The notes: generated by a model not told the origin, from the letters alone. DNA of 64,000 nt from Candidatus Altiarchaeota archaeon (GCA_043813075.1 JBDRLL010000003.1:125811-189810); one strand, 5' to 3'. Positions 1 through 8,836 are shown, counted from the stretch's first letter. Numbers and translations are program-made.

Positions 1-71
1 GCAAGAGTGAGATTGAAGGCATCAAGTTTCTCACGTTCATAGAGAATCTTGGCGGTGTCGGGGAATACCAT
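1..71 (-). CDS. Partial CDS running off the left edge (N-terminus MVFPDTAKILYEREKLDAFNLTL...)
   Basis: The minus strand has an ATG at 71-69 and stays open to position 1. Only 23 codons are visible and no motif is recognisable. Confidence 0.3.
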   Translation of the reverse strand, partial: MVFPDTAKILYEREKLDAFNLTL

Positions 72-74
72 AAG

Positions 75-842
75 GTGCCTGGGATAATAACCGAGACTGT
101 TCAGACTGGGAATAGGTTCCTAAGCGACATCATCGGATTCACTGGATACAATACCCTACTCGACACTGACCTGACGGAGAGGATTAAGAAGCGTTTTGAA
201 GGCCAGCGGCAGGTCAACATCTTGGACTCCGGATGCGGCAAGGGAAGTGCCTTGGCTGAGTTGGTCCAGAATCTGGATAAGGAGTGGGGCGGCCACACGG
301 TTTTGGATGAGGGTGGTGAGAAGATAGTCTTATTCCGGAACGGTAAGCGACTTAAACTAGTGGGTGTGAGCAGGCTGGAGTACAAGCCGCACCAGGATTA
401 CATAAATTACGTTGTTAGTGACATAAACCAAGCGCCACTTAAAGGACCCTTTGACGAGATATGGGACGTGTACGGGCCATTAACATATATTTTAGAGAAA
501 AAAGAACTGTTGGAGAAGTACTACCGACTTCTAAGGAAGGATGGGGACGGTGGCGAGGCAGGAGCAGTGAGGATAGCGACTAATGAGATGATAATACTGC
601 CCCCCAACCTCAATAAACCATTGGAGGAGCTGAATAGTGATGATGTTGAAGCTGGTGGAAGAGAGCTCTCGAGGAGGGTGGACGGCTTTGAATTGAAAGT
701 CATACGCAGACGGTCGTTGGCTATCGAATTGCGTAGGCTTCACGATCAGATTCAACTGCCACTTGGAAAAGGAGAACCAGTAGCGTATGGTGGGATATAC
801 GTCACAGGCGTTAGAGAGATATACAAGGTGGAGTCGGATTAG
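75..842 (+). CDS. Class I SAM-dependent methyltransferase-like protein
   Basis: Motif I-like ILDSGCGKGSALAELV, with a later LLEKYYRLLRKDG segment. GTG at 75 is the only in-frame start upstream of the motif. Confidence 0.5.
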   Translation: MPGIITETVQTGNRFLSDIIGFTGYNTLLDTDLTERIKKRFEGQRQVNILDSGCGKGSALAELVQNLDKEWGGHTVLDEGGEKIVLFRNGKRLKLVGVSRLEYKPHQDYINYVVSDINQAPLKGPFDEIWDVYGPLTYILEKKELLEKYYRLLRKDGDGGEAGAVRIATNEMIILPPNLNKPLEELNSDDVEAGGRELSRRVDGFELKVIRRRSLAIELRRLHDQIQLPLGKGEPVAYGGIYVTGVREIYKVESD

Positions 843-888
843 TAGAATGCTTCCAGACGTGATTCACATGTAGTTAGATTGGGGGAAT

Positions 889-1146
889 TCAGAGTATCTC
901 CGCCTTGGTGCCCAACGCCTGCCCGGGAAGCCCGTTCTCAAAATGGGCCACCACAGCCCCCTTCCCGCCGTGCGTTCTCGTTACTTCACCAGCCAGCTTC
1001 TTGCCTGAGGACGTCGTCCACTCGACCTTCTTGCCCAAGAGTTTCTCTGCATCCTCCTTGCTCTTCGAATCCGCAGGCTGGAGCACCATCTGCTTGTTGT
1101 TCTGCGTGCGCCTGCCGCCCCGGTAGCTTACGACAACTGCTTCCAT
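889..1146 (-). CDS. rpl35ae: Ribosomal protein eL33 (L35Ae)
   Basis: MEAVVVSYRGGRRTQNNKQMVLQ...GKKVEWTTSSGKKLAGEVTRTHGGKGAVVAHF is typical L35Ae. The listed ORF is trimmed to the internal ATG at 1146, because the upstream 60 codons look non-coding. Confidence 0.85.
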   Translation of the reverse strand: MEAVVVSYRGGRRTQNNKQMVLQPADSKSKEDAEKLLGKKVEWTTSSGKKLAGEVTRTHGGKGAVVAHFENGLPGQALGTKAEIL

Positions 1147-1245
1147 CTTAAAAGGTATATATATTGTGCAATCGGCCTTTAAAAAGAGGTTTCGACCATG
1201 GAACTGTTTTGTTTTTATATTATGCTTCTTAATTAAGAGGCACAT

Positions 1246-1779
1246 ATGAAGGAGGTTCGTTTCCACGGTCGGGGGGGTCAGGGTGCTGTGACTGCCGCCA
1301 TGATACTTTCTGTTGCAGCCTTCCATGACGGCAAATACACGCAGGCGTTCCCGAAATTTGGTGTGGAACGGAGGGGTGCTCCTGTGCAGGCTTTCACCCG
1401 TATTTCCGACGAGTTCGTGAGGCGTAAGAGCCAGGTCTACACGCCGGATTACCTTGTAGTCCTCGACAGCACGCTATTCGGCGCTGAAAATATCACTGAC
1501 GGTTTTAAGGAGGACGGCATGATCATAGTAAACACCAACATGAGTGCAGGCGACTTGGGGCTTAAGGGTTTGAACGTCAAGACCCTTGACGTCAGCAAGC
1601 TCGCTATGGAGGTCTTGGGCAGGGATATTGTGAATACCGCCATGCTCGGCGCCTTCGCGGGATTCACCGGCGAAGTGAGTCTTGAGGGGCTTCTGAAGGG
1701 TGTTGAAGGGCAGTTCTCAGGCGCCATAGCCGAGAAGAACAAGAAACTAGTTGAGGAAGTTTATAATCAGTCAAAATGA
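1246..1779 (+). CDS. porG: Pyruvate (2-oxoacid):ferredoxin oxidoreductase, gamma subunit
   Basis: N-terminus RFHGRGGQGAVTAAMILSVAA...FPKFGVERRGAPV. It is first in a gamma-delta-alpha-beta gene order and shares an ATGA overlap with the next gene. Confidence 0.85.
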   Translation: MKEVRFHGRGGQGAVTAAMILSVAAFHDGKYTQAFPKFGVERRGAPVQAFTRISDEFVRRKSQVYTPDYLVVLDSTLFGAENITDGFKEDGMIIVNTNMSAGDLGLKGLNVKTLDVSKLAMEVLGRDIVNTAMLGAFAGFTGEVSLEGLLKGVEGQFSGAIAEKNKKLVEEVYNQSK

Positions 1780-2075
1780 GCGTCGACTTGGGCAAGAAAA
1801 AACTGGCTGGAGTTGAGATAACCACAGGCTGTGTTCTGCCCAGCGACGGGAGCACTAAGGCTAACAAGACGGGCGGATGGCGTGCCATGAGGCCTGTCAC
1901 CGACCATGAGAAGTGCACTGCCTGCGGCATCTGCTGGGCCTACTGTCCTGACGCGTCGCGGGTTAAAGCCAAGGACGGGAAGTATGATTTTGACGAGGAC
2001 TACTGTAAGGGCTGCGGCATCTGCGCCGACGTGTGTCCAGTCAAATGCATTAAGATGGTGGTGGAAGAGAAATGA
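1776..2075 (+). CDS. porD: Pyruvate:ferredoxin oxidoreductase, delta subunit (2x[4Fe-4S] ferredoxin-like)
   Basis: Two cluster motifs, CTACGICWAYCPD and CKGCGICADVCP. Size and position are typical of porD. Confidence 0.85.
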   Translation: MSVDLGKKKLAGVEITTGCVLPSDGSTKANKTGGWRAMRPVTDHEKCTACGICWAYCPDASRVKAKDGKYDFDEDYCKGCGICADVCPVKCIKMVVEEK

Positions 2076-2134
2076 ATGTCATAATTATGTCTTGCCCAGT
2101 GCGGCTAAGCGAAGCGCATGCCGCACCTTTTGAT

Positions 2135-2154
2135 GAAACTTTTGCAAAAGTTTC
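2135..2154. promoter_or_regulatory. Perfect 20-nt palindrome gaaacttttgcaaaagtttc in the porD-porA spacer
   Basis: I read it directly; it equals its own reverse complement. It ends 12 nt before the porA ATG, just upstream of the gggggagg Shine-Dalgarno-like run. Confidence 0.5.
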
Positions 2155-2166
2155 GGGGGAGGAAAA

Positions 2167-3339
2167 ATGAGGGAGGTTATGGAGGCGTCTCACGCCATTT
2201 CGGATGCTGTTAAGGCGATTGAGCCGGATGTTATAGCCGCCTACCCGATTACGCCGCAGACTCACATAGTAGAGAGGATTTCCGAGTTCGTGGCTAACGG
2301 TGAGATAAACTCTGAGTACATTAGGGTTGAGTCAGAGTTCAGCGCCATATCAGCTTGTTTGGGCGCTTCCGCCGCAGGCTCCAGGGCGTATACTTCAACA
2401 TCATCCCAGGGCCTCGCCTTGATGCATGAGATCCTGTTCATAGTCTCGGGAATGAGGCTTCCAGTCTGTATGTCGGTTGTGAACAGGGCTTTGAGCGCGC
2501 CAATCAACATCTGGAACGACCATTCTGACACTATGGCAGAGAGGGATACCGGCTGGATACAGTTGTATGTGGAGACCGCTCAGGAAGGTTATGACATGAC
2601 GATAATGCAGCATAAGATAAGCGAGGACAAGAGGGTGCTTCTACCGTCAATGGTCTGCATGGACGGCTTCACCCTATCACACGTTTATGAGCCTGCTGAG
2701 ATACACTCCAAAGAGGAGGTGGACTCGTTCCTGCCTAAATTCAAGCCTGTTCACGCCGTATTAGACCCTAAGGAGCCGTTGACGCAGGGGCCGATAGGAT
2801 TCCCAACCCACTACATGGAGTTCAAGAAGGATTTAGAGGATGCCATGAGGAACTCGCTCCCAGTGATAGGGGAGGTTATGAGGGACTACAGCAAGAAGTT
2901 CAAGTGCGGCATCAAGTATTCAAGGCCAGAGAAGTATTATCACGTCGAAGAGTACAAGACTGATGACGCTGACGTGACCCTTGTTGCAATGGGTTCCGTG
3001 TGCGGCACGATAAAGGAGGTCATTGACCAGCTGAGGGAGAAGGGTGTGAAGGCTGGGTTGCTAAAGATAATAACCTACAGGCCGTTCCCCGCAAAGCTCA
3101 TAGTCGAGAAGCTGAAGGGCGCCGGCAAGGTGGCTGTTGTTGAAAAGGCCATGTCACCAGGATTCGGCGGGCCATTATACGGCGAAATCGCAGCAACCAT
3201 GTATGATTCGGATGAGAAGCCTGAGTTGAGGAACTTCATAGTTGGCTTGGGAGGGCGTGACGTCCGCCTGGATCATGTTGAGAGGATAATAGACATGACC
3301 CTCAAGGGAGAGGGGAAGAGGGAGGAGTGGATGTTCTAA
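2167..3339 (+). CDS. porA: Pyruvate:ferredoxin oxidoreductase, alpha subunit
   Basis: AISDAVKAIEPDVIAAYPITPQT...SEFSAISACLGASAAGSRAYTSTSSQGL is the characteristic POR alpha N-terminus. Confidence 0.9.
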   Translation: MREVMEASHAISDAVKAIEPDVIAAYPITPQTHIVERISEFVANGEINSEYIRVESEFSAISACLGASAAGSRAYTSTSSQGLALMHEILFIVSGMRLPVCMSVVNRALSAPINIWNDHSDTMAERDTGWIQLYVETAQEGYDMTIMQHKISEDKRVLLPSMVCMDGFTLSHVYEPAEIHSKEEVDSFLPKFKPVHAVLDPKEPLTQGPIGFPTHYMEFKKDLEDAMRNSLPVIGEVMRDYSKKFKCGIKYSRPEKYYHVEEYKTDDADVTLVAMGSVCGTIKEVIDQLREKGVKAGLLKIITYRPFPAKLIVEKLKGAGKVAVVEKAMSPGFGGPLYGEIAATMYDSDEKPELRNFIVGLGGRDVRLDHVERIIDMTLKGEGKREEWMF

Positions 3340-3340
3340 G

Positions 3341-4255
3341 ATGGCGATACTTGGTTTAGATGAGAAGGAGTATTTCGCGAAAGGCCATAGGGCGTGCGCC
3401 GGCTGCGGTGAAGCCCTGGCTTTAAGGCTCATAATGAAGGCTGCAGGCCCGAATACGGTCGTCACACAGTGCACTGGATGCATGGAGGTCGTTTCCACCC
3501 CGTATCCTGAGACTGCATGGGAGGTTCCATGGGTTCACGGCGCCTTCGAGAACAATGCGTCAATAGCGTCCGGTGTGGAGCGTGCGTTGAAGATGCAAGG
3601 CAAGGAAGACGTTAACGTCCTTGTTCTGGGCGGAGATGGTGGAACATACGACATCGGGTTCCGCGGGCTCTCAGGCGCATTTGAGAGGGGGCATAATATC
3701 ACTTACGTGTGCACCGACAACGAGGCCTACATGAACACTGGAATACAGAGGAGCGGTGCAACACCTTACGGTGGCTCCACCACCACTTCCCCTGCTGGAA
3801 AGAATACTATCGGAAAGGAAGAGTGGAAGAAGGACATAATCCATATAATGGCTGCGCATGGCTCGCCTTACGTGGCGACGGCTTCAGTGGGATACCATAC
3901 GGACCTGGTTAGGAAGATAAAGACTGCCCTCGAGACTAAGGGGCCGACTTTCGTGAACGTGTATTGTCCGTGCACTCCCGGCTGGAGGATCGATCCGTCC
4001 GCAACGATAAAGGTCGCTAAACTTGGTGTTGAGACTGGGGCTACCCCGCTCTTCGAGATAATCGGCGGCAAACACAAGGTGAACATGCCAAGAGACCCTG
4101 GCAAGCTGAAGCCTGTTGAAGAGTACTTGAAGCTCCAAGGCAGGTTCAGGCAGCTCTTCAAGCCAGAGGAGAAGAAGGAGGACCTCAAGTACATTGGAGA
4201 CAGGATACGGAAAAATCTTGAGACCCTTCTGGCTTACGAGGAGAAGGGCTTCTAA
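3341..4255 (+). CDS. porB: Pyruvate:ferredoxin oxidoreductase, beta subunit (TPP-binding)
   Basis: CAGCG Fe-S ligand region, TPP motif GGDGGTYDIGF...TDNEAYMNTG, and a start 1 nt after the porA stop. Confidence 0.9.
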   Translation: MAILGLDEKEYFAKGHRACAGCGEALALRLIMKAAGPNTVVTQCTGCMEVVSTPYPETAWEVPWVHGAFENNASIASGVERALKMQGKEDVNVLVLGGDGGTYDIGFRGLSGAFERGHNITYVCTDNEAYMNTGIQRSGATPYGGSTTTSPAGKNTIGKEEWKKDIIHIMAAHGSPYVATASVGYHTDLVRKIKTALETKGPTFVNVYCPCTPGWRIDPSATIKVAKLGVETGATPLFEIIGGKHKVNMPRDPGKLKPVEEYLKLQGRFRQLFKPEEKKEDLKYIGDRIRKNLETLLAYEEKGF

Positions 4256-4318
4256 GCTTCTACCGCCTATCGCCGGGTTTGAAGCCGTATTTTCGCGGCT
4301 GTTTCCCGTAATAATAAG

Positions 4319-6055
4319 ATGATTGGCAACAACAATCATGGGCGGAATTCTAGCGGAGCCGTAATCCTACCCAGCAGGGAAGAACTAGAGAAGGTTGGAC
4401 TGTTTTCCAGGATGAGGGAAAACAGGAAGAGGATAAGGACGGTTTTAGGGGATAAGGACGTAATGTACGTTTCATTCAGAATCGACGACAGGGCGCTTGA
4501 CGGAGTCTCCCTTGAGATAGATGAGTGGACTAAGGCCCTACACGGGATGTGCAAGAGCATCAGCTTCTTCTCAGGAGACACTAAGAACCCGGGATTCCTT
4601 GATGATAAGGACATGATCGAGCACCCGATATGCCATTTCACGAGGCCTGAGATACGGGGTATTACAGACGAGTGGTTTGAGAGGGATGATATAACCGGTG
4701 CGGAGGTTGAAGTGCTTACAGGATTTAGGAGTATAAGTGATGGCGCTTTCACTAGGCTGAAGCGTATTGGAAGCTATTTAGGGGCGGGCAGCCCAACTGA
4801 AGATGGCGTGCGCAAGCTCATCGGCGATGACGAGACAGGCAGTGAAGTGAGGAATCTTATGCGCGACACAACGGTTGGTGTAGAACAGGAAGACTTCATG
4901 CTGGGGGTGAAGAGGGCGACAGAGCTCGTGAAGCTCCTGGGCATAAAAAACCAGATTAAAGAGTATCTGCTAAAGGCAGCCAGGGAAAAGAAGACGGACG
5001 TCATGATAGTGGACAACGTGCTATGCTATCCAGGTAACATACCATTCTCTCTCGCAGTAGTTGAGGCAGCCAACCAGCTAAACAGGGATGGGGGGATGAT
5101 GGTTGTAAACCACAGCCACGACTTCTGGTGGGAGCAGGAGAGGTTCAACGCGAAAGGCCCTAACATGGAGACGCTGATGGAGTATCTCGCGACGGGGGTG
5201 GAAAACCAGAGTGTGGCTGTCATAAACACTCCTGCAAAGGAGGAGTTGGAGCGTAGGACTGGAGTAAAGGCTGTTGTGATGCCCAATGTCAGGGACTTCG
5301 ACAATGTTGAGGAGACCAGCCGGGACACGGTCAGAGGCTTCAGGCAGCTGGTGCTTGAAAGCGAGGACGACATAATGCTCCTACTGCCGGTTCGACCGGT
5401 AAGGAGGAAGAACCTTAGGCTATCCGTAGAGCTCGCTGATGAACTGCAGAAGAGGCTTGAAGAGCGGGGGGACAAGAGGAAGGTGAGGCTTGTGGTAACA
5501 CACCCGCCTGACGATGAAGGCGACGGATACCTCCGTAGCGTACAAGAGTATGGATTGCGGAGGGGGATACTGGTTATTGACGCCAGTAGATTAGTGAGGA
5601 AGACGAAGACCGGAATGGATGATGGAGTGGAAGTATCCGATATCCTAACATCAAATGGGAAGTCCGGTAGGATAGGGCCTGAAGCCGTGAGGGTCATGCG
5701 TGATGGAATAACGCTGGACGAAGCATATGACGCGTGCGACATGGTAGTATACAGTACTTCAAGGGAGGGTTATGGGAACGTGATACCAGAGGCTGTTAGA
5801 AAACGGAAACCATTAGCAAGCTCTGATTACCGTATAGCTAAAACAGACATACTACCTAATGGCTTTGACTTCATTATAATCCAGGGGGATGGTTTGAAGC
5901 CGTCTTCCGAAAAGATGGTTGATATGATATGCGACCCTGAGAGGAGGAGCGAGAATGTTGAGGGAAACTTCAGCAGGGGGAGACTGCACATGTCGTACGA
6001 CACCTTCTACGAGAGATTCCTCAGCCTAGTCGACAGCCTACAGACCGCGACATAA
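4319..6055 (+). CDS. GT-B fold (GT4-like) glycosyltransferase-like protein with extra N-terminal/inserted regions
   Basis: C-terminal E-x7-E-like motif STSREGYGNVIPEA and an N-lobe-like MYVSFRIDDRALDGVS. The start is ambiguous (ATG 4319, or 4463 at MYVSF). The family is not recognised. Confidence 0.45.
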   Translation: MIGNNNHGRNSSGAVILPSREELEKVGLFSRMRENRKRIRTVLGDKDVMYVSFRIDDRALDGVSLEIDEWTKALHGMCKSISFFSGDTKNPGFLDDKDMIEHPICHFTRPEIRGITDEWFERDDITGAEVEVLTGFRSISDGAFTRLKRIGSYLGAGSPTEDGVRKLIGDDETGSEVRNLMRDTTVGVEQEDFMLGVKRATELVKLLGIKNQIKEYLLKAAREKKTDVMIVDNVLCYPGNIPFSLAVVEAANQLNRDGGMMVVNHSHDFWWEQERFNAKGPNMETLMEYLATGVENQSVAVINTPAKEELERRTGVKAVVMPNVRDFDNVEETSRDTVRGFRQLVLESEDDIMLLLPVRPVRRKNLRLSVELADELQKRLEERGDKRKVRLVVTHPPDDEGDGYLRSVQEYGLRRGILVIDASRLVRKTKTGMDDGVEVSDILTSNGKSGRIGPEAVRVMRDGITLDEAYDACDMVVYSTSREGYGNVIPEAVRKRKPLASSDYRIAKTDILPNGFDFIIIQGDGLKPSSEKMVDMICDPERRSENVEGNFSRGRLHMSYDTFYERFLSLVDSLQTAT

Positions 6056-6102
6056 GCATGATTGATGGTGAAAACAGGGGGGCAGTCATTCGCGTGCACA
6101 CG

Positions 6103-6108
6103 TTTTTT
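6103..6108 (+). terminator. Oligo-T tract (T6) downstream of the 4319-6055 gene
   Basis: cacgttttttaag lies 48 nt after the stop. Archaeal terminators are typically oligo-T. Confidence 0.35.
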
Positions 6109-6195
6109 AAGCACTAGAATCTCATATTATACACGATTTAAACAAAATAAGTCAACCTTGAATTAGATTTTTTAAGGTGACGTGAGGGGTTAAAC

Positions 6196-7326
6196 ATGGA
6201 TTCGATAGTTCAAAACGCGATAAACAAGGCCGTGTCAGGCAGCGGAGGGACGCCTTCCAGGCCAAACGTTTCTGACTCGGACGAAGAGTTAAAGAGGATT
6301 GTTGAAGGTATAAAGACCTCCATAAAGGTTGTTGGATGTGGGGGAGCTGGGTCAAACACGATAGACCGTCTGATGGAGATGGGTGTTGAAGGCGGTGAGG
6401 TAATAGCCGTAAACACTGACGCACTTCATCTATTGTACTGTAAGGCCCCGATGAAGGTTCTTATCGGAACGAGCATTACCGGCGGGGTTGGTGCTGGAAA
6501 CGATCCGGAGATAGGGGAACAGTGCGCTGAAAGCGATGTGGACAAGATTTCAACGTCTCTTCAGGGCTCTGACATGATATTCATAACGTGCGGGCTTGGC
6601 GGCGGTACTGGAACAGGTAGCGCGCCGGTCGTTGCTGAAGTTGCTGAAGACCTGCAGGCGCTGACAATAGCCATAGTGACTCTGCCATTCAGTGTTGAAG
6701 GTAGGGTGAGGGCGACTAACGCGCTGCGGGGGCTTAAGAAGCTCAGGAAATACGCTGACACAGTAATCGTGATACCGAACGACAGGCTTCTGGACATAGC
6801 ACCTAACCTTCCGTTGAACGCCGCATTCAAGGTAGCTGACGAACTGCTTGCGAACGGCGTTAAGGGCATCACAGAGATGGTCACCAAGCCGGGGTTAGTG
6901 AACTTGGACTTCGCTGACGTGCGAGCCATAATGAAGGACGGTGGCACGGCGATGATAGGCATGGGCGCGTCGTCAAAAGACACTTCCATGGACGCCAGAT
7001 CAAGGGAGTCCGTAGAGAAGGCTTTGACGTCACCGTTGCTTGACACAGAGATAAACAATGCCACTGGCGCGTTGATAAACATTATTGGAAGCAGGGACAT
7101 GACGCTAGAGGAGGCTGAGGAGATTGTGAGGATCGTTTCCGAGAGGATAAGCCCTGACGCAGAGATAATCTGGGGTGCGCAGATAGACGAGACACTTGAC
7201 AGGAACGTCATAAAGACGCTTCTAATACTCTCAGGGGTCAGTGTCCCAGGATACGAGGAAGCCCTAGAGGAGAAGGTAGAGAGGGGCGGCGACGAACACA
7301 TGGACATAGGCTTAAAACACCTCTAA
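6196..7326 (+). CDS. ftsZ: Cell division GTPase FtsZ
   Basis: [13 protein letters not shown] and the tubulin signature [16 protein letters not shown]. Confidence 0.95.
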   Translation: MDSIVQNAINKAVSGSGGTPSRPNVSDSDEELKRIVEGIKTSIKVVGCGGAGSNTIDRLMEMGVEGGEVIAVNTDALHLLYCKAPMKVLIGTSITGGVGAGNDPEIGEQCAESDVDKISTSLQGSDMIFITCGLGGGTGTGSAPVVAEVAEDLQALTIAIVTLPFSVEGRVRATNALRGLKKLRKYADTVIVIPNDRLLDIAPNLPLNAAFKVADELLANGVKGITEMVTKPGLVNLDFADVRAIMKDGGTAMIGMGASSKDTSMDARSRESVEKALTSPLLDTEINNATGALINIIGSRDMTLEEAEEIVRIVSERISPDAEIIWGAQIDETLDRNVIKTLLILSGVSVPGYEEALEEKVERGGDEHMDIGLKHL

Positions 7327-7337
7327 AACCCTTAATT

Positions 7338-7353
7338 CCCCCTTAACAGGGGG
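7338..7353 (+). terminator. Stem-loop ccccct-taac-aggggg followed by a T-rich tract after ftsZ
   Basis: Six-bp GC-rich inverted repeat 12 nt after the ftsZ stop, followed by atatccatttatttc. Confidence 0.4.
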
Positions 7354-7427
7354 ATATCCATTTATTTCATGTCTTAGTTTTAGACAGGGATTATTTTTAA
7401 GTTCTGAATCAGAAGTTTTAAGCCAAC

Positions 7428-7592
7428 ATGCGTCTAGCAAGTGCCTTAAGGGATACCAGGAGGATTTTAAGGCTCACCAGAAAGCCCAAGCAGTCCGAAT
7501 TCATGGAGACTGTAAGAGTCACCAGCATAGGGATAATAGTTATCGGACTGGTGGGGGCGTTAATATTCATAATATCGAGGATAGTCGAGTAA
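7428..7592 (+). CDS. secE: Preprotein translocase subunit SecE (Sec61 gamma)
   Basis: This 54-aa ORF is missing from the track because it is under 60 aa: MRLASALRDTRRILRLTRKPKQSEFMETVRVTSIGIIVIGLVGALIFIISRIVE. It has a basic N-terminus plus a single TM helix. It lies immediately upstream of spt5, the conserved position. Confidence 0.8.
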   Translation: MRLASALRDTRRILRLTRKPKQSEFMETVRVTSIGIIVIGLVGALIFIISRIVE

Positions 7593-7593
7593 G

Positions 7594-8103
7594 ATGCCGA
7601 TATACGCTGTTAAAGCAACCGCAGGACAGGAGCGCGTAGTAGCCGAACTAGTGTACCGGGAGGCGGTTAACAGGAGGGAGGAGATACTGCGCGAGGGAGG
7701 GGAGATATACAGCATACTCTACACCACAGGACTCAAGGGATACGTGCTTGTTGAAGCAAGCGGCCCCGGTGTTGTGGAAGACCTTGCCAGGAACGTGCCG
7801 AAAACGCGTGGACTTCTATTGAAGGAGAAGGGGAACCTGGATTCTGCTGGAGTAATACCTATCAGCGACTTGGAGAACACGCTATCCCCGAAGCCGATAG
7901 TGAACGACGTGTCCAGGGGAGACTTGATAGAGCTTATCGCAGGACCATTCAAGGGGGAGAAGGCTAGGATAGCCAGGATAGACGAGGACAAGAACGAGAT
8001 AACAGTCGAGCTGATAGAGGCTGCAGTACCCATACCCGTCGTAGTTAGCGGTGAGGACATAAAGGTCATCAGGAAAGAGGAGGATGGAGAGGAGAATGGA
8101 TGA
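7594..8103 (+). CDS. spt5: Transcription elongation factor Spt5 (NusG)
   Basis: NGN-like N-terminus IYAVKATAGQERVVA and KOW motif GDLIELIAGPFKGEKARI, in secE-spt5-rpl11 synteny. Confidence 0.9.
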   Translation: MPIYAVKATAGQERVVAELVYREAVNRREEILREGGEIYSILYTTGLKGYVLVEASGPGVVEDLARNVPKTRGLLLKEKGNLDSAGVIPISDLENTLSPKPIVNDVSRGDLIELIAGPFKGEKARIARIDEDKNEITVELIEAAVPIPVVVSGEDIKVIRKEEDGEENG

Positions 8104-8773
8104 GAGCATCAGCATACTTGTAGACGGTGGTTCAGCGACCGCGGGACCGCCATTGGGCCCCGCATTAGGTCCGCTTGGTGTTAACGCGCAGAAGGTTGTT
8201 GAAGAGATAAACAAGCAGACGAAGGACTACAAGGGGATGAAGATCCCAGTAGACGTTATAGTCGACACAAGCACGAAGGAATTCAGGATAAAGATAGGGA
8301 CCCCACCCACATCAGCGCTCATACTGAAGGCTATTGGATTGGAGAAGGGCGGCGGTAAAAACGAGTTTGTGGGCGACATCGGATTCCTGCAGCTTTTAGA
8401 TATCGCCAAGAAGAAGTCGGATTCAATGCTATCCATAGAACTTAGTTCAGCCATAAAAGAGGCTGCTGGAGCATGCCAGAGCCTGAAGATAACGATATCC
8501 GGGAGAAAACCCAAGCAATTGATAAAGGAGATAAACGAGGGAGTCTTCGACGCCGTGATGGCAGGGAAGAGCACGGAGATACCGGAGGCAAAGATAGTAG
8601 AGGAAAAGAAGGTAAAGATTATAGGCGTCAAGATAGAGGAGGAGGAAAAGCCGGTTGAGGAGGAGAAAACCGAAAAACCAGGTGAAAAGCCACTAAAATC
8701 AGGTGAAAAACCCGGAAAACCCGGTGAAAAACCCTCCAAATCAGGTGAAAAACCTTCAGACGGCAAGAAGTAG
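8084..8773 (+). CDS. rpl11: Ribosomal protein uL11 with a ~65-70 aa Lys/Glu/Pro-rich C-terminal extension
   Basis: GGSATAGPPLGPALGPLGVN core. The start is ATG 8084 or 8096. The canonical L11 ends near EINEGVFDAVM, and the rest is a low-complexity tail. Confidence 0.9.
   Translation: MERRMDESISILVDGGSATAGPPLGPALGPLGVNAQKVVEEINKQTKDYKGMKIPVDVIVDTSTKEFRIKIGTPPTSALILKAIGLEKGGGKNEFVGDIGFLQLLDIAKKKSDSMLSIELSSAIKEAAGACQSLKITISGRKPKQLIKEINEGVFDAVMAGKSTEIPEAKIVEEKKVKIIGVKIEEEEKPVEEEKTEKPGEKPLKSGEKPGKPGEKPSKSGEKPSDGKK
8681..8764 (+). repeat. Four in-frame 21-nt tandem repeats (ggtgaaaaRcc...) encoding GEKPLKS/GEKPGKP/GEKPSKS/GEKPSDG
   Basis: ggtgaaaa starts at 8681, 8702, 8723 and 8744, an exact 21-nt period, inside the rpl11 3' end. 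Confidence 0.85.
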
Positions 8774-8816
8774 GGTTTTTTAAGGCATTGATGCATAATG
8801 ATTAAAACCCGTTTCA

Positions 8817-8836
8817 CTATCCTGCTCTCAGGATAG
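8817..8836 (+). promoter_or_regulatory. 8-bp stem-loop (ctatcctg-ctct-caggatag) overlapping the rpl1 Shine-Dalgarno
   Basis: Perfect inverted repeat read directly. Its 3' arm overlaps aggagg (8835-8840), 8 nt before the rpl1 ATG. A T6 run (8776-8781) follows the rpl11 stop. Confidence 0.4.

Noticed and set aside
879-1151. A plus-strand 90-aa Pro/Ser/Cys-rich ORF.
   Set aside because: It is entirely antisense to the well-supported eL33 gene and has low-complexity composition.
5026-5742. Long Ser/Leu/Pro-rich antisense ORFs opposite well-supported genes. Examples: 5026-5742, 6561-7307 (opposite ftsZ), 8227-8817 (opposite rpl11), 39030-39590 (opposite nnr), 50221-50877 and 32076-32603.
   Set aside because: Each is fully embedded opposite a gene with strong motifs. 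Their low-complexity Ser/Pro/Leu composition is what the antisense of purine-rich (GAR/AAR/GGN) codons produces. None has a recognisable motif.
6056-6195. The larger intergenic gaps, inspected for tRNA, C/D-box sRNA or other RNA genes: 6056-6195, 7327-7427, 25470-25597, 41260-41368, 52219-52293 and 62589-62715.
   Set aside because: I found no T-loop (GTTCRANYC)-like element, no acceptor-stem symmetry and no C (RUGAUGA) / D (CUGA) box pairs by eye. The gaps contain AT-rich TATA-like elements and oligo-T tracts consistent with promoters and terminators. A covariance-model scan was not possible.
8681-8764. A 21-nt tandem repeat, considered as a possible mini-CRISPR or minisatellite.
   Set aside because: The repeats are contiguous with no spacers. 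They are in frame with rpl11 and encode a regular GEKPxKx heptad, so this is a coding low-complexity tail.
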